UHGV virus genome: UHGV-0208078 | From: a virus | Strand: one strand, 5' to 3' | Length of the DNA stretch: 36,767 nucleotides | In this document: positions 25,401 through 35,811 of the stretch, piece by piece | Layout of the letters: the number at the start of each line of letters is the position of its first letter | How positions within the stretch are numbered: the stretch's first letter is position 1 | Made by a program: the position numbers and the translations under genes | The notes under the pieces: generated by a model | Told to the model about the DNA's origin: nothing | The model's input: only the letters and a program-made list of their open reading frames with translations | The model's database searches: none

Positions 25401-27257
25401 ATGGGTTATGATGGCTCATTAAAATTTGACACGGAAATAAATGAATCTGGATTTAATTCCGGAATTTCCAAACTTGGTGGAATAGCCAAGAAAGGTGCAG
25501 GAGTGGCAGTTGCTGCGGTTGGTGCTGTTACGGCTGCGCTTGGAGCTGGTGTTGTAGCCGGAGTAAAATACAATGCATCCATAGAGTCTTACCAGACATC
25601 ATTTGAGGTTATGACTGGATCCGCAGAAAAGGCTGCGGAAGTAATCGACAAATTAAAGAAAGTTGGAGCGGAGACACCGTTTGAACTTCCAGACTTGGCA
25701 GATACTACACAGCTCTTAATGAACTATGGCTTTAGCGCAGACGAAGCTATGGACAGTATGATGATGCTCGGTGATATTTCACAAGGCTCTGCCGAAAAAA
25801 TGTCCAGAATTGCTACTGCTTACGGTCAGATGTCCTCTGCTGGAAAGGTATCGTTGGAAGATGTCAAACAGATGATTGAAGCTGGATTTAATCCACTGCA
25901 AGAAATTTCTGAAAGCACAGGGGAGTCTATGGCGTCCCTGTACGACAGAATCAGTAAGGGGACGATCTCTGTCGACGAAATTGCAGCATCCATGCAGAGA
26001 GCAACGTCTGAGGGCGGTAAGTATTTCCAAAGTATGGAAAAGCAAAGCCAGACGTTTAGCGGTCTGATCTCCACTTTAAAAGATAATGCTCAACAGCTAT
26101 TGGGCGAGGTCGTAAATCCGATATCTGATGGACTGACAGAGTCTTTGTTGCCTGCGGCGATTAGTGCAATTGAGCAGTTGACGCAAGGATTTGAAGAAAA
26201 CGGCGTTGCCGGTATGATTCAAGCAGCTGGAAATATCGTGAATGGACTATTTACCGGAATGATGGAAAATGCTCCGTTGCTTATCTCTACAGGAATGGAG
26301 CTGCTTAATCAGTTCTTACTCGGAATCGCAACCGGAGTTCCAGCACTGATTACCAAAGGGTTTGAAATCGTAACTCAGCTCGTTCTTGGTATTTTGCAAA
26401 ATCTACCGCAGTTAATCACGCAAGGAGCGGCGGTTATCACGAACTTTGTGAATGGACTTCTGTCGTCACTTCCGTCAGTATTGCAATCCGGTGTCCAGAT
26501 GATTTTACGACTTGTGGATGGAATTATAAACAATTTGCCGGCTATCGTATCCGCTGCGGCTCAGGCGATAGCGCGGTTTGTAGCCAGCGTCGCAAGTAAT
26601 CTTCCGCAGATTTTATCCACTGGGATTAAAATTATCGGAGAGTTAGCTTCTGGTTTGATTAGAGCAATACCAAACTTGGTTGGGAAAATACCGCAGATCA
26701 TCTCTGCGATAAAAGACGCTTTTTTGAGTGTAGATTGGATCAGCGTTGGAGTTAACATCATAAAGGGAATTGCATCCGGTGTCGCTTCTGCAGCCGGACA
26801 GCTAGTAGATGCCGCTGTGAGCGCTGCTACAGATGCCTTGAATTGGGTTAAAAGCAAACTTGGGATCCATTCCCCGTCCCGTGTATTTAGGGATCAGGTC
26901 GGGAAAAACATGGCTCTCGGTATAGGGGTTGGATTCGAGGATAATATCCCATACAAAGACATGGAAAAACAGGCAAACAAGATGGTGTCCCGGATACAGG
27001 GAGCTGCTCTTGGTGTTACAACGTCTGCAAGCCCGACAGCAAGTGGATATGTCGCTTCCAGATCAGCGGTCAGAACGACAGATAATAGTGAGCTACTCTA
27101 CGCGGTAGACCGATTATCCAGACTCGCAAACCGGCCGCTTGAAATTATCAATAAAATTGATTCCGTGGAGACATCCAGAGTACTTGCAACACCAATGGAA
27201 AAACAAATAGAAAAGAATTCAAGTTTTCGGAAGATGTTAGGAGGGGATAGAAATTGA
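25401..27257 (+). CDS. tape measure protein
   Basis: ATG after AGGAGGGA. Ala/Gly-rich TM-like segment near the N-terminus (GAGVAVAAVGAVTAALGAGVVAG). Long helical repeats (NLPQLITQGAAVITNFVNGLLSSLP...). 618 aa. Confidence 0.8.
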   Translation: MGYDGSLKFDTEINESGFNSGISKLGGIAKKGAGVAVAAVGAVTAALGAGVVAGVKYNASIESYQTSFEVMTGSAEKAAEVIDKLKKVGAETPFELPDLADTTQLLMNYGFSADEAMDSMMMLGDISQGSAEKMSRIATAYGQMSSAGKVSLEDVKQMIEAGFNPLQEISESTGESMASLYDRISKGTISVDEIAASMQRATSEGGKYFQSMEKQSQTFSGLISTLKDNAQQLLGEVVNPISDGLTESLLPAAISAIEQLTQGFEENGVAGMIQAAGNIVNGLFTGMMENAPLLISTGMELLNQFLLGIATGVPALITKGFEIVTQLVLGILQNLPQLITQGAAVITNFVNGLLSSLPSVLQSGVQMILRLVDGIINNLPAIVSAAAQAIARFVASVASNLPQILSTGIKIIGELASGLIRAIPNLVGKIPQIISAIKDAFLSVDWISVGVNIIKGIASGVASAAGQLVDAAVSAATDALNWVKSKLGIHSPSRVFRDQVGKNMALGIGVGFEDNIPYKDMEKQANKMVSRIQGAALGVTTSASPTASGYVASRSAVRTTDNSELLYAVDRLSRLANRPLEIINKIDSVETSRVLATPMEKQIEKNSSFRKMLGGDRN

Positions 27258-28726
27258 GCCTATCAGTAAAATTTGACGATCAGGAACTCGGGCGATACTT
27301 AAGTGTATTGTCCGGGTTCTCTCCGTTTAGTGGAGTAAATAGAGAGTCGGGACTCCTTGACGGAGCAGAAAGTGCAAAAGGAGAGGATTTTGGCTATACA
27401 ACATATAAATCAAAGACGCTTGAAATGCCATTTGAAATTAAAGGAGACATCTTAGCAAGCTATGACGCGATTCAGAAAATCCTAAACGTCACAGAGCCGA
27501 AAAGGCTTGTGTTTGGGAATTATCCGGATCGCTATTTTTATGCTGTCCCTGACGGCAATTTTGATATAACACAGGTTGCGATTTTTGGGAAAGGCACAAT
27601 CACATGGCTTATCCCGGACGGGGTAGCGTACTCTGTCGGCGAATTTGAATTTGACGGTGTGCAGCAAGACGGGTACCAGACCATCACCATCCAAAACAAC
27701 GGCACCGAATGGGCAGACGTGGATTATGAGATCACGCACCAGCACGAAAACGGGTTTATCGGACTGGTTAGCCAGTATGGAGTCATCCAGCTCGGCAAAC
27801 AGGAAGAAGCAGATGGAGAGAACTACGAAGCGTCCGAAGAACTGTTTAACGGTTATAGCTTGTTTCAAGACGATCATGGCACATCTTACCAAAATCCAGA
27901 GAATACCACACAAGGAACGTTGGAAGTGCGGAATGTTGCCGGATACAACGTGATGGCATTAAAAGGTGGACAAGCAACATCCGGATACTGGAACGGTGGA
28001 ATGAAAACCCTTACTATCCCGGTGGACAGTGAGGGCAGACGTGGAGCGAAGAACTTTTACTGTTACACGCAGCACTGGTTCGAAACCGGCTTGATGGGAC
28101 AGACAGGAGCGCAGACTATTGCATTCCTGACTGGAGATAACAAGGTGATATGTGCCATGTCTATTAACAAGAGTGATACGGTTGGCAATACGGCGCATGT
28201 GGACTGGTTCGCACCACAAAACAAGAAGATCAAGACACTGGATTTCCAGCCGACAGCTTATGAGGGAAACCCATTTAATTTGAAGATGGGTGGCGGTCAT
28301 AATGATTTTTTAAAAGAGGGTGACAGGCTACGGATCTTTTGGTACGGTCAGTATTATTACTTTACTATCCCGGAGATTAAAGACATGGTGTGTGAGAAGA
28401 TACAGGTCTGGATCGGGCAGTGGGGAAGTAGAGATCTTGGAAATCAGCTGGTTACGCACAACTATTTAAAAAGTATCTGGTTCCGGAAAGACAATGTCGA
28501 TAAGTATAAGGATGTGCCAAACCGGTATCGCGCCGGAGACGTGGTGTCTATAGACGGAGAGAGTACAAAGGTCTATGTAAACGGGATGCCGGCAAAAGGA
28601 GATGAGATTAATGGATCCAATTATCCGAAAGTCCCGCCTGGAACAACGGAAGTGCAGTTCTGCTACTCTTCCTTTTCCTCTCCGCCGCCACAGATTAAAG
28701 CCAAAATAAGGGAGGTATACTTGTAA
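27254..28726 (+). CDS. distal tail protein (Dit), extended form
   Basis: Dit call is based on its position between the TMP and Tal genes. 490 aa is long enough to carry an inserted domain, which is why I call it an extended form. Confidence 0.65.
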   Translation: MSLSVKFDDQELGRYLSVLSGFSPFSGVNRESGLLDGAESAKGEDFGYTTYKSKTLEMPFEIKGDILASYDAIQKILNVTEPKRLVFGNYPDRYFYAVPDGNFDITQVAIFGKGTITWLIPDGVAYSVGEFEFDGVQQDGYQTITIQNNGTEWADVDYEITHQHENGFIGLVSQYGVIQLGKQEEADGENYEASEELFNGYSLFQDDHGTSYQNPENTTQGTLEVRNVAGYNVMALKGGQATSGYWNGGMKTLTIPVDSEGRRGAKNFYCYTQHWFETGLMGQTGAQTIAFLTGDNKVICAMSINKSDTVGNTAHVDWFAPQNKKIKTLDFQPTAYEGNPFNLKMGGGHNDFLKEGDRLRIFWYGQYYYFTIPEIKDMVCEKIQVWIGQWGSRDLGNQLVTHNYLKSIWFRKDNVDKYKDVPNRYRAGDVVSIDGESTKVYVNGMPAKGDEINGSNYPKVPPGTTEVQFCYSSFSSPPPQIKAKIREVYL

Positions 28727-31700
28727 TGGACAGTATTAGAATTGCGATTTTAAGTGCAAACAACACACCGGTAGCATTTATGGACAACGGGCATAAAAAG
28801 TCCATGCACTACTGGAATGATGAGCTACACGAATACTTACAGGGTACGGCGAATGCTTACACTTTTACGGTAAATGCAAAGCATCCAGACGCACAGCATA
28901 TCAAAGCTGGGAATAAGGTGGCATTTACTTACAAGGGGAAATCATACTACTTAAATATTGTAAATACCGATCAAACGGAACAGACGATTACTGCTACGGC
29001 ATGGTCACTGTCGTTTGAGCTTATTAACGAGGATGCTGGAGAATACAAGGCCGCCAGTGCAATGAGCTTTGAAGAGTACCTTGCCGTATTTGATGCTGAG
29101 AGAACGCTAAAATTGGGGCTCAACGAGGTATCAGACAAGAGAATTACCAACGAGTGGACGGGTACAACATCCGTGCTTAAAAGGCTATTTTCTTTGGCAA
29201 ACGTATTTTCTTCTGAAATTGAATTTGAAACGGTTTTAAATAAGGACTACTCCTTAAAAGAGATCGTACTGAACGTATACCGAGAGCACTCCGATACAGA
29301 CAGCGGAGTCGGAGAATACCGGAATGACATTGTACTGCGGTACGGGAAAGGAATTACCGGAATTCGAAAAACCACAGATGCCGAGAAGCTTTACACCTGC
29401 ATCCAGCCGACCGGAAAGGACGGTCTGACAATCACTGGTCTTGACAAGAAAGAATACGATGAAAACGGCAATATCGAGTACTTTACAGACGGTGCGATCA
29501 TCCGCGCACCACAGGCAAGGGACCGGTTCCCATCCAACATCGTAAATAAGGCTGATGCTTATATCCTGATGCGTAAAGAGTACGATACAGACAGCAAGGA
29601 CAAGCTCTATAGCATGGCACTATCTGACCTCAAGACAGCATCCGAACCAGTAGTGACCTACGAGGTGGATGGATATTTTGACACCAACATTGGAGATACC
29701 GTGAGAATGCAGGATCAGGAGTGGACACCAGTCCTTTATTTGCAGGCGAGGGTGTCGGAGCAGGTACGAAGCCTTACCAATCCAAAGACAGCCAAGACTG
29801 TATTTACAAACTATAAAGAGCTGACATCCGAAATTTCGGATAGCTTATTACAGAGGATGGAAGACCTTATCAACAAAAATAAGGTTTACACTTGCTCTAT
29901 CTCAACAAACAACGGCATTATCTTTAAAAATGGCATCGGTAGCACTACTCTGACAGCTTACGCTTACGATAACGGCGTGGATGTGGCAGACAAGCTACAA
30001 TTCCGATGGAGCAAGGACGGACATGAGTTTTATGTCGGTAAGAGCGTTGCGGTAAATGCTACTGACGTGGATACAAAGGCGGTGTACTCGTTTGAGGCTA
30101 TGGAAAATGGGATAAAACGTGGGTATTACGAGGTTACGATCGTAGATGTAATGGATGGAGAGGATGGAAAAGACGGAGAACAGGGTCCGCAAGGTGAGAA
30201 AGGAGAGCAAGGCGAACAGGGACCTCCGGGTCCACAAGGCGCTCCGGGATTGGATGGTATACAGGGTCCAAAAGGGGATCAGGGAATCCCGGGAAAAGAT
30301 GGGAAGGACGGAAAAACACAGTACACCCACATCGCCTACGCGAACAGCGCAGACGGCAGGACAGATTTTTCCGTGTCCGACAGTAATAGGGAATATATCG
30401 GAATGTATGTTGATTTTACGCAAAATGACAGCGCAGACCCGACAAAATACGCATGGAGTAAGATCAAAGGTGCGGACGGAGCAAACGGAACACCCGGAAA
30501 GCCGGGAGCTGATGGAAAGACCCCGTATCTACATATCGCCTATGCAAACAGCGCAGATGGGAATACTGGATTTTCCACCACGGATGGTACAAATAAGCTC
30601 TATATCGGGCAGTATACAGATTATACACAGGCAGATAGTACAGATGCTGCGAAGTATACATGGACAAAGATCAAAGGCGAACAGGGGGAACGTGGTCCAC
30701 AGGGAGTTCCCGGTCTGCAAGGGGTACAAGGTCCTAAAGGTGAACAGGGAATACAGGGACCTCAAGGAAATACAGGTGCTACTGGACCGCAGGGACCAGC
30801 CGGACAGTCCACCTATTTTCATATTAAGTATTCCTCAGTTGCGAATCCTACATCAAGTAGCCAGATGACGGAAACGCCGTCTACATACATTGGTACTTAC
30901 GTAGATTTTACGCAAGCAGATAGCGAAGATCCAAAGAAATATGCCTGGTCACGCTTCCAGGGAGTGCAAGGACCACAGGGAACGCAGGGGATTCCGGGGA
31001 CAAATGGCACAAACGGCAAGACAAGCTATCTTCACATTAAATATTCTAATGATGGAGGAAAAACGTTTACCGGAAACAGCGGAGAAGATGTGGGAACGTA
31101 TATCGGTACTTGTGTGGATTACAATCAGTCCGATCCTACAAGTGTTGGATCTTATAAGTGGGCGAAGATTAAAGGAGAACAAGGTGCGACAGGACCACAA
31201 GGGCCTGCGGGGTCATCTGGAAGAGGGATAAAAACTATTACAGAATATTATTTGATTTCTTCCGCAAAAACAGGAATTACAACAGCGTCAAGCGGTTGGA
31301 GTACATCAGTTCCGACGATGACAGCAACAAATAAATACTTGTGGAACTATGAAAAATTTACGTTTACAGATAATACGACAGCGACCACTACACCAAAAAT
31401 AATCGGGATATACGGAGACAAAGGAACAACAGGAGCTACTGGTCCGCAAGGACCTCAAGGAAATGCAGGTGCAACAGGTCCCAAGGGACCACAAGGAGCG
31501 ACTGGCCCGAAAGGACCGCAAGGGGCAACTGGCGCAACGGGGCCGCAAGGAGCAACTGGAAACGGAATAAAGTCTATCACGAATTATTATCTTGCAACGG
31601 CAAGCGGAAGCGGTGTGTCGGCGTCCACATCAGGATGGACTACAACTGTACAAGCAATAACGGCGTCAAAAAAATATCTGTGGAATTATGAAGTTGTTAC

Positions 31701-32658
31701 CTATACAAATGGTAGCACGTATCAATCAGCACCATGTATCATCGGAGCATATGGTGATAAGGGAGCGACCGGTGCTACAGGAGCAACAGGACCAAGTGGC
31801 ATAATTGTATCTTCTACGGCTCCGTCAAATCCTAAAGTTGGCCAGTTATGGCAAACGGCATCCGGTCAGCCGATCAAGCGGTGGGATGGAAGTAGGTGGG
31901 TGATCCATTATATCGCAGCCGAGAATCTGGACGTGCAAACGCTCAGTGCGATCGTTGCCAACCTTGGAACTGTAACAGCCGGACTTATTAAGAGTAAGGG
32001 TGGACACTTTTACATAAATGTAGACACCGGAGAGATCGTGTCTAAAAGCAGTGACGGTACAATTTCCGTTTTTGTAAAAAAAGAGAATATTGACATGGTA
32101 AGATCGTTTACAGCGTCTAGGTACTGGGGGAGTCGATTAAACTACTCTGGATTAGAATTTTATTCCGGCGGCAGTAGCATGGCAGATGATATCGCGAATG
32201 GATCTATGGTATGCTCTATTCGCGGAGATGAGGAGATGCGAGACTTTTCGGTGACAAACATAAATGGAGATAGCATATGGCTTATTAGGACAATTAAGCA
32301 GCTTACAAAATCTATCTCTTACGATTCCGGTACCGTGAAAGGTCCATATACAAGTACAAACTCCGCTAATAACATCCGTGTGGAACTAAAAAGAAGAGGA
32401 TGTATGGTAACATGCAAGATCACAATGATTGCACAATTTCCGGGAAGTGGCGAATACGGGCCATTCAACGAAGTGAAAATTCCAGTAGGATATCGACCGG
32501 TTGTGGATTTCTTTGCTCCCTATAGTGAAGTTTCAGGATCTAACATATTTGGAACGGGAAGATACGGCATAGGAAAAGATGGGGGGATCAAGATTTATGT
32601 GGAGAATGCCGCATGGACAGAACGTCATGCAACGTTCACGTGGATTACAGATGATTGA
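28726..32658 (+). CDS. tail-associated protein (Tal) / tail fibre with collagen-like Gly-X-Y tracts and modular repeats
   Basis: N-terminus [25 protein letters not shown] matches the phage minor structural protein N-terminal (Tal) domain from memory. At least seven G-X-Y tracts. Four [12 protein letters not shown] / IGxYVDFTQxDS modules and two GIKxITxYYL...KYLWNYE...GxYGDKG modules. Confidence 0.85.
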   Translation: MDSIRIAILSANNTPVAFMDNGHKKSMHYWNDELHEYLQGTANAYTFTVNAKHPDAQHIKAGNKVAFTYKGKSYYLNIVNTDQTEQTITATAWSLSFELINEDAGEYKAASAMSFEEYLAVFDAERTLKLGLNEVSDKRITNEWTGTTSVLKRLFSLANVFSSEIEFETVLNKDYSLKEIVLNVYREHSDTDSGVGEYRNDIVLRYGKGITGIRKTTDAEKLYTCIQPTGKDGLTITGLDKKEYDENGNIEYFTDGAIIRAPQARDRFPSNIVNKADAYILMRKEYDTDSKDKLYSMALSDLKTASEPVVTYEVDGYFDTNIGDTVRMQDQEWTPVLYLQARVSEQVRSLTNPKTAKTVFTNYKELTSEISDSLLQRMEDLINKNKVYTCSISTNNGIIFKNGIGSTTLTAYAYDNGVDVADKLQFRWSKDGHEFYVGKSVAVNATDVDTKAVYSFEAMENGIKRGYYEVTIVDVMDGEDGKDGEQGPQGEKGEQGEQGPPGPQGAPGLDGIQGPKGDQGIPGKDGKDGKTQYTHIAYANSADGRTDFSVSDSNREYIGMYVDFTQNDSADPTKYAWSKIKGADGANGTPGKPGADGKTPYLHIAYANSADGNTGFSTTDGTNKLYIGQYTDYTQADSTDAAKYTWTKIKGEQGERGPQGVPGLQGVQGPKGEQGIQGPQGNTGATGPQGPAGQSTYFHIKYSSVANPTSSSQMTETPSTYIGTYVDFTQADSEDPKKYAWSRFQGVQGPQGTQGIPGTNGTNGKTSYLHIKYSNDGGKTFTGNSGEDVGTYIGTCVDYNQSDPTSVGSYKWAKIKGEQGATGPQGPAGSSGRGIKTITEYYLISSAKTGITTASSGWSTSVPTMTATNKYLWNYEKFTFTDNTTATTTPKIIGIYGDKGTTGATGPQGPQGNAGATGPKGPQGATGPKGPQGATGATGPQGATGNGIKSITNYYLATASGSGVSASTSGWTTTVQAITASKKYLWNYEVVTYTNGSTYQSAPCIIGAYGDKGATGATGATGPSGIIVSSTAPSNPKVGQLWQTASGQPIKRWDGSRWVIHYIAAENLDVQTLSAIVANLGTVTAGLIKSKGGHFYINVDTGEIVSKSSDGTISVFVKKENIDMVRSFTASRYWGSRLNYSGLEFYSGGSSMADDIANGSMVCSIRGDEEMRDFSVTNINGDSIWLIRTIKQLTKSISYDSGTVKGPYTSTNSANNIRVELKRRGCMVTCKITMIAQFPGSGEYGPFNEVKIPVGYRPVVDFFAPYSEVSGSNIFGTGRYGIGKDGGIKIYVENAAWTERHATFTWITDD
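30150..31810 (+). repeat. collagen-like GXY-coding tracts interleaved with about 50-aa and about 65-aa module repeats (inside the Tal gene)
   Basis: Protein-level repeats are visible in the translation. DNA-level similarity between modules is about 70-80% by eye. Confidence 0.7.
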
Positions 32659-32686
32659 TTAAAGGAGCAAATATGGAGATAAGAGC

Positions 32687-32712
32687 AAGACCCTCACGGT
32701 CTTATTTTTATA
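32687..32712 (+). terminator. rho-independent terminator after the tail fibre gene
   Basis: AAGACC-ctcac-GGTCTT followed by ATTTTTAT. Confidence 0.6.
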
Positions 32713-32740
32713 CTTTAAAAACAGAAAGGAAAGTGAGGAT

Positions 32741-33193
32741 ATGAAGAAAATGGAACAGTTGGCAAATGTAAAAGCGTTTTTATGCATGGTATTCGGAGCT
32801 ATTGCAGGAGGTTTCGTAAACCTGATCGGAGGATGGTCTGAGGACTTAACTACATTACTTATTTTTATGGGTGTAGACTTTGTTCTTGGATTGCTGATCG
32901 CTGCCTTTTGGAAAAAGAGCAACAAATCGGAGAACGGTGCGCTAAGCAGCTACTCAGCATGGAAAGGTCTGTGCAGAAAAGGGGTATCTCTACTGATCGT
33001 ACTTATTGCATATCGGCTGGATGTTACTCTCGGCGTAGACTACATCCGTACAGCCGTGGTACTGGCATTTATAGCAAATGAGGGTATCTCGATTTTGGAA
33101 AATGTTGGAATTATGGGCGTGAAATATCCGGAAGCGTTAAAAAAAGCACTGGATGTTTTAACAAATAAATCACAGGAGCAGGAGGGCGAGTAA
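32741..33193 (+). CDS. holin
   Basis: 150 aa with 3-4 hydrophobic helices and a charged C-terminus. Immediately upstream of the endolysin. RBS AAGGAAAGTGAGGA. Confidence 0.7.
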   Translation: MKKMEQLANVKAFLCMVFGAIAGGFVNLIGGWSEDLTTLLIFMGVDFVLGLLIAAFWKKSNKSENGALSSYSAWKGLCRKGVSLLIVLIAYRLDVTLGVDYIRTAVVLAFIANEGISILENVGIMGVKYPEALKKALDVLTNKSQEQEGE

Positions 33194-33238
33194 TCGTCCT
33201 CTTTTATTGTGCGACATCGCACGGTAGGAGGTGAGAAC

Positions 33239-33325
33239 ATGAGCGAACAGAACGAATTTGGCAGAGTATCCGTAGAGGAACTGGAAAAGGCATTCGAGGC
33301 AGAAGAACAGGAGGAAGAGGAGTAA
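33239..33325 (+). CDS. acidic micro-ORF (28 aa) between holin and endolysin
   Basis: Strong RBS AGGAGGTGA 6 nt upstream. MSEQNEFGRVSVEELEKAFEAEEQEEEE. Its stop overlaps the endolysin ATG (TAATG). Confidence 0.35.
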   Translation: MSEQNEFGRVSVEELEKAFEAEEQEEEE

Positions 33326-34062
33326 TGAGTATCTGTAGAGGAATTGCCGGCAGGAGAGGGAAGAATCCTGTCGGTATTTTTATCCACAACGGGGCAGACA
33401 GCCAGAACGCAACATCGGAATACTATAAAAACTACTTGCAGAGAGCGAACTTGGAGAATGGATTTGCGCATTATTATGTTTGCAGTGATGGAATTCTGCA
33501 AGCAGAGGATGATTCAAACTGTGCTTGGCATTGCGGAAATTCGAATGGAAATCTTAATTTCTTGGGAATAGAAGTCTGCCAGAGTATGGGCGATCTGAAT
33601 GTATTTAAAGCGAATGAGGAAAAAGCATTACAGTTGGCAGCACAGAAGTGCAGGCAGTATGGAATTACACCAAGTGCAAGCACGATCATGCTGCATCAGG
33701 AGGTGTTTGCAACCGCTTGTCCGCACAGATCAGTGGAGATTCACAGCGGCGCAGCGCAGACAAAAGCCTATTTTATTAACCGTATCAAGGAGCTTATGAA
33801 CGGAAACCAAAGCACAACAACAGATCAGGAAGGAGAAGAGACTATGCAGTGTATGTTTACGGTGAAAGGAAAAGGATGTGTTTATTGGATGCATGATGGA
33901 GTGGTTACAGCTTTAGCACACCCTGATGAGTTAAAAATCATTCAGCAAATTTATAAGGATAACTATGGACATGATATGCCATGTTACAGTTGGAGCAAGC
34001 CAGCGCCATGGCATATTAGGCTGATGGAACCATTATATCGTGAACCCGTAAAATCTATTTAA
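33325..34062 (+). CDS. endolysin, N-acetylmuramoyl-L-alanine amidase (Amidase_2/PGRP fold) with uncharacterised C-terminal domain
   Basis: The N-terminal two-thirds (GIFIHNGADSQNATSEYYKNYL...AWHCGNSNGNLNFLGIEVCQS) resembles the Amidase_2/PGRP domain from memory. The Zn-ligand residues were not mapped. The C-terminal 70 aa or so is unassigned. Confidence 0.8.
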   Translation: MSICRGIAGRRGKNPVGIFIHNGADSQNATSEYYKNYLQRANLENGFAHYYVCSDGILQAEDDSNCAWHCGNSNGNLNFLGIEVCQSMGDLNVFKANEEKALQLAAQKCRQYGITPSASTIMLHQEVFATACPHRSVEIHSGAAQTKAYFINRIKELMNGNQSTTTDQEGEETMQCMFTVKGKGCVYWMHDGVVTALAHPDELKIIQQIYKDNYGHDMPCYSWSKPAPWHIRLMEPLYREPVKSI

Positions 34063-34069
34063 TAAAAAT

Positions 34070-34096
34070 CCCCTCGGAGATCAGCTCTCTGAGGGG
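34070..34096 (+). terminator. hairpin terminator after the endolysin
   Basis: CCCCTCGGAG-atcagct-CTCTGAGGGG (one G-U). T-rich sequence follows at some distance. Confidence 0.5.
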
Positions 34097-34138
34097 TGAA
34101 TATTGCATCATTTTCGTGTATATTTATAATATGTAAAA

Positions 34139-34190
34139 ATATTATAGGTTATTGCTATTTGGTGGCCCGGATTGTAGTAACCTATAACAT
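34139..34190. promoter_or_regulatory. 52-bp imperfect inverted repeat; candidate att site for the adjacent serine recombinase
   Basis: ATATTATAGGTTA-N26-TAACCTATAACAT (12/13 arm identity) in an AT-rich intergenic region between the endolysin and the 3' end of the recombinase gene. Confidence 0.4.
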
Positions 34191-34217
34191 ATCCGCAAAC
34201 CCTTATAAACAGAGGGC

Positions 34218-35636
34218 TCACGATATGTAAAGATGGAAGATCAGTTTTCCGTTTTTCTTGTCATAAACGATATCTTCTACCAAACTTCTCATAAAAATCC
34301 CTTTGGTATCATAGTCTATCGCATCATTTTTAATCACATCATATACAGTTTGCACGTTCTTGAGCACGTCAGATTTTGTTTTCGCGTCTTCATTATTCTT
34401 ATTGAGATTTTCCAGTTGCATCAAAATATCTTCCCTGTCTTTTCGCAGACGCTCTTTGTTCCGTTTATATTCTTCCAAAGTATCTACTTCATTCTCATAA
34501 GCGAGACGGATCCGTTTCTCCCTGTTGGAAATTTTATCAAGTTCAGACAAGAGCGATTCACGTTCTGATATCTTCTCGCCGGTCTCAGCAGAGTGGTAGG
34601 AGTATTCAAAATCCATACCGGAAAGAAGTTTTTCAAAATATTCTTCCAGTGCAGCGATCACTTTTTTCTCTGATATCGAACAGGATTCGGTATGTATTCC
34701 TTTACTGTACTTATAACACTGAAAACCAGGTGAGTGCCTGTTTGCACCATTGTAGGCGAGAGAGGCCCCGCAGTATCCACATTTTAAAATCCCTGATAAC
34801 CAATGTTTACATGAGGATACATCACGGCGTTTCAGTGGCTTATATGTAGTTTGTATCTTTTTCATGCGCTCTTCGAAGCGTTCTTTTGAATAATAGACTT
34901 CATGCGTTCCCATGAATGTTATTCCATTCCACGCGACAAGACCATAATAGAATGGATTTTTCAAGATTCTTTCTACGCTACGGGATTCGAAAGGGTTCCC
35001 TCGTCTTGTGCGGACCCCCATATCGTTTAGCTTTCTTGTTATCTTTGTGACGTCCGAGTTGTGGCGATCAAATTCATCGCAGATAAAATCCACGACCTTC
35101 ATTTCATCCGGATCAATTTTATAAGGATCTCCGTTTCCGACAGCACGATACCCAAAAGGTGGGGACATCTGGTATCCTTTTTTTGTAGCCTTTTCTTTCA
35201 TCCCTCTTAGGACTTCGCCAGAAAGCCGGATAGAGTAGTATTCATCCATCCATTCAATGATTCTCTCGATTAAAGAGCCGAATGGACCATCTATCAAAGG
35301 TTCTGATACACTCACAACATCAACGTTGCTTTGCTTCCTCAGCAGGGATTTGTATACGATAGATTCTTCTTGATTTCTTGCGAATCTGCTGAATTTCCAA
35401 ACCAGGATCACATCGACTGGATGATCGGATGATTTCGCAAGACCAATCATTTTTTGGAACTCTGGGCGTTTATCCGCTTTTCTTCCGGATATTCCGAGTT
35501 CAAAAAAGATTTTCGATACTACATATCCGTGACTTTTCGCGTAATCTTTCAATAGCTTTGCTTGAGAATCCGGGGATAATTCATCCTGTTTTCCTGTGGA
35601 TACACGGACGTATCCAAAGGCATATTTCGTTTCCAT
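34218..35636 (-). CDS. int: large serine recombinase (phage integrase, resolvase/invertase N-terminal domain)
   Basis: N-terminus YAFGYVRVSTGKQDELSPDSQ with the catalytic Ser context. 472 aa. Cys-rich zinc-ribbon region CKHWLSGILKCGYCGASL. Leftward orientation after the lysis genes. Confidence 0.85.
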   Translation of the reverse strand: METKYAFGYVRVSTGKQDELSPDSQAKLLKDYAKSHGYVVSKIFFELGISGRKADKRPEFQKMIGLAKSSDHPVDVILVWKFSRFARNQEESIVYKSLLRKQSNVDVVSVSEPLIDGPFGSLIERIIEWMDEYYSIRLSGEVLRGMKEKATKKGYQMSPPFGYRAVGNGDPYKIDPDEMKVVDFICDEFDRHNSDVTKITRKLNDMGVRTRRGNPFESRSVERILKNPFYYGLVAWNGITFMGTHEVYYSKERFEERMKKIQTTYKPLKRRDVSSCKHWLSGILKCGYCGASLAYNGANRHSPGFQCYKYSKGIHTESCSISEKKVIAALEEYFEKLLSGMDFEYSYHSAETGEKISERESLLSELDKISNREKRIRLAYENEVDTLEEYKRNKERLRKDREDILMQLENLNKNNEDAKTKSDVLKNVQTVYDVIKNDAIDYDTKGIFMRSLVEDIVYDKKNGKLIFHLYIS

Positions 35637-35772
35637 GTTATCATCTCCTTATTTAATTTTATGCAAAAACGAGTACAAAAATAACAGCCAGCGCAAAACA
35701 TATGTTCCGCTTGCGTGACTGCTCCGAAGATGATACAATATTCGTGGATTTCAATAGCATATCTTCGGATAT

Positions 35773-35808
35773 GTAGACCGTCTCAGTGTTGGTAGCACTG
35801 GGGCGGTT
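35773..35808 (+). repeat. copy A of an imperfect direct repeat flanking the RhuM-like gene
   Basis: GTAGACCGTCTCAGTGTTGGTAGCACTGGGGCGGTTTT. It contains the hairpin CAGTG-ttggtag-CACTG followed by GGGGCGGTTTT. Confidence 0.5.
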
Positions 35809-35811
35809 TTA

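Noticed and set aside
29995-31548. Several minus and alternative-frame ORFs inside the Tal gene (29995-30423 minus, 30155-30868 plus, 30941-31231 plus and others)
   Set aside because: They lie inside the repetitive GC-richer collagen-coding segment of a 1310-aa gene. They are frame shadows of the Gly-X-Y coding repeats.
32659-32925. 88-aa minus ORF and a 23-aa plus micro-ORF (32674-32745) between Tal and holin
   Set aside because: The minus ORF is antisense to the holin start and terminator. The plus micro-ORF is made of the terminator hairpin sequence itself.
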